From Shigella phage ESh32, in the sequence record ON528742: a stretch of 64,000 nt of DNA; one strand, given 5' to 3'. How positions within the stretch are numbered: the first letter of the stretch is position 1; each line of letters starts with the position of its first letter. Shown here one piece after another: positions 62,195 to 64,000 of the stretch. Position numbers and translations under genes: made by a program. The notes beneath the pieces are model-generated. The model worked only from the letters and a program-made list of their open reading frames with translations, did no database searches and was not told where the DNA came from.

Positions 62195-63782
<1,588 letters not shown>

Positions 63783-63785
63783 GCT

Positions 63786-63815
63786 GTTTACAAGTCCCTC
63801 GTGTTGTGTTATAGT
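63786..63815 (+). promoter_or_regulatory. early promoter (GTTTAC, 18 bp, TATAGT)
   Basis: consensus hexamers. Confidence 0.6.
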
Positions 63816-63843
63816 AGTCTTACTGACATAACATGAGGACTTT

Positions 63844-64000
63844 ATGATGGATTTGCAGCTTATTACTACTGAAATGGTCGTTGAAGCATACGGTGATACT
63901 ACAGATGGGATTTCTGTATTCAAAGGAAATCGTCGAGTTGGATATATCACCGATCTTAAGAAAGATTTAGCTAAGCAAGTCAAGCGGAAAACGACCATTA
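63844..64000 (+). CDS. 5' part of ORF running off window (alc-like position)
   Basis: ATG after early promoter; open to window end. Confidence 0.4.
   Translation, partial: MMDLQLITTEMVVEAYGDTTDGISVFKGNRRVGYITDLKKDLAKQVKRKTTI

Overview
This window reads as a contiguous segment of a T-even (T4-like) myovirus genome: an early/middle replication and nucleotide-metabolism region on the + strand, interrupted by a late long-tail-fibre block on the - strand. Gene identities are assigned from protein length, motifs, and gene order recalled from T4; no database search was run. On the + strand: sliding clamp and clamp loader (45, 44, 62), regA, DNA polymerase 43, imm, 42, a glucosyltransferase-like ORF, uvsX, 40, 41, dmd, spackle, primase 61, 56, soc, modB/modA, dda, dexA, undivided topoisomerase gene 39, rIIA, rIIB, denB, ndd, stp, ac, 52, motA, arn, asiA; then rnh, dsbA, 33, 59, a GIY-YIG segG-like ORF, 32, frd, td (split by a 1016-nt group I intron encoding I-TevI), nrdA, nrdB, denA and rnlA. 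On the - strand: holin t and tail-fibre genes 38, 37, 36, 35, 34. Several loci look T2/T6-like rather than T4-like: a 258-aa glycine-rich gp38 adhesin, a gp37 with a C-terminal chaperone-like domain, a 605-aa unsplit gene 39, a 280-aa ORF where T4 has beta-gt, and no ORF large enough for dam between 61 and 56. Regulatory architecture is visible directly: more than 14 early promoters with GTTTAC, an invariant 18-bp spacer and a TAnnnT -10; TATAAATA late promoters; many GC-rich tetraloop hairpins after stop codons; and the gene 43 and gene 32 translational operators. No rRNA, tRNA or CRISPR was seen. I found no clear multi-gene novel system. The best candidates for undescribed content are a 409-bp insertion between frd and td flanked by 8-bp direct repeats, a late-strand membrane micro-ORF at the locus where T4 has dam, a pair of repeat-domain proteins with near-identical 3' ends, and a cluster of hydrophobic micro-ORFs around stp.
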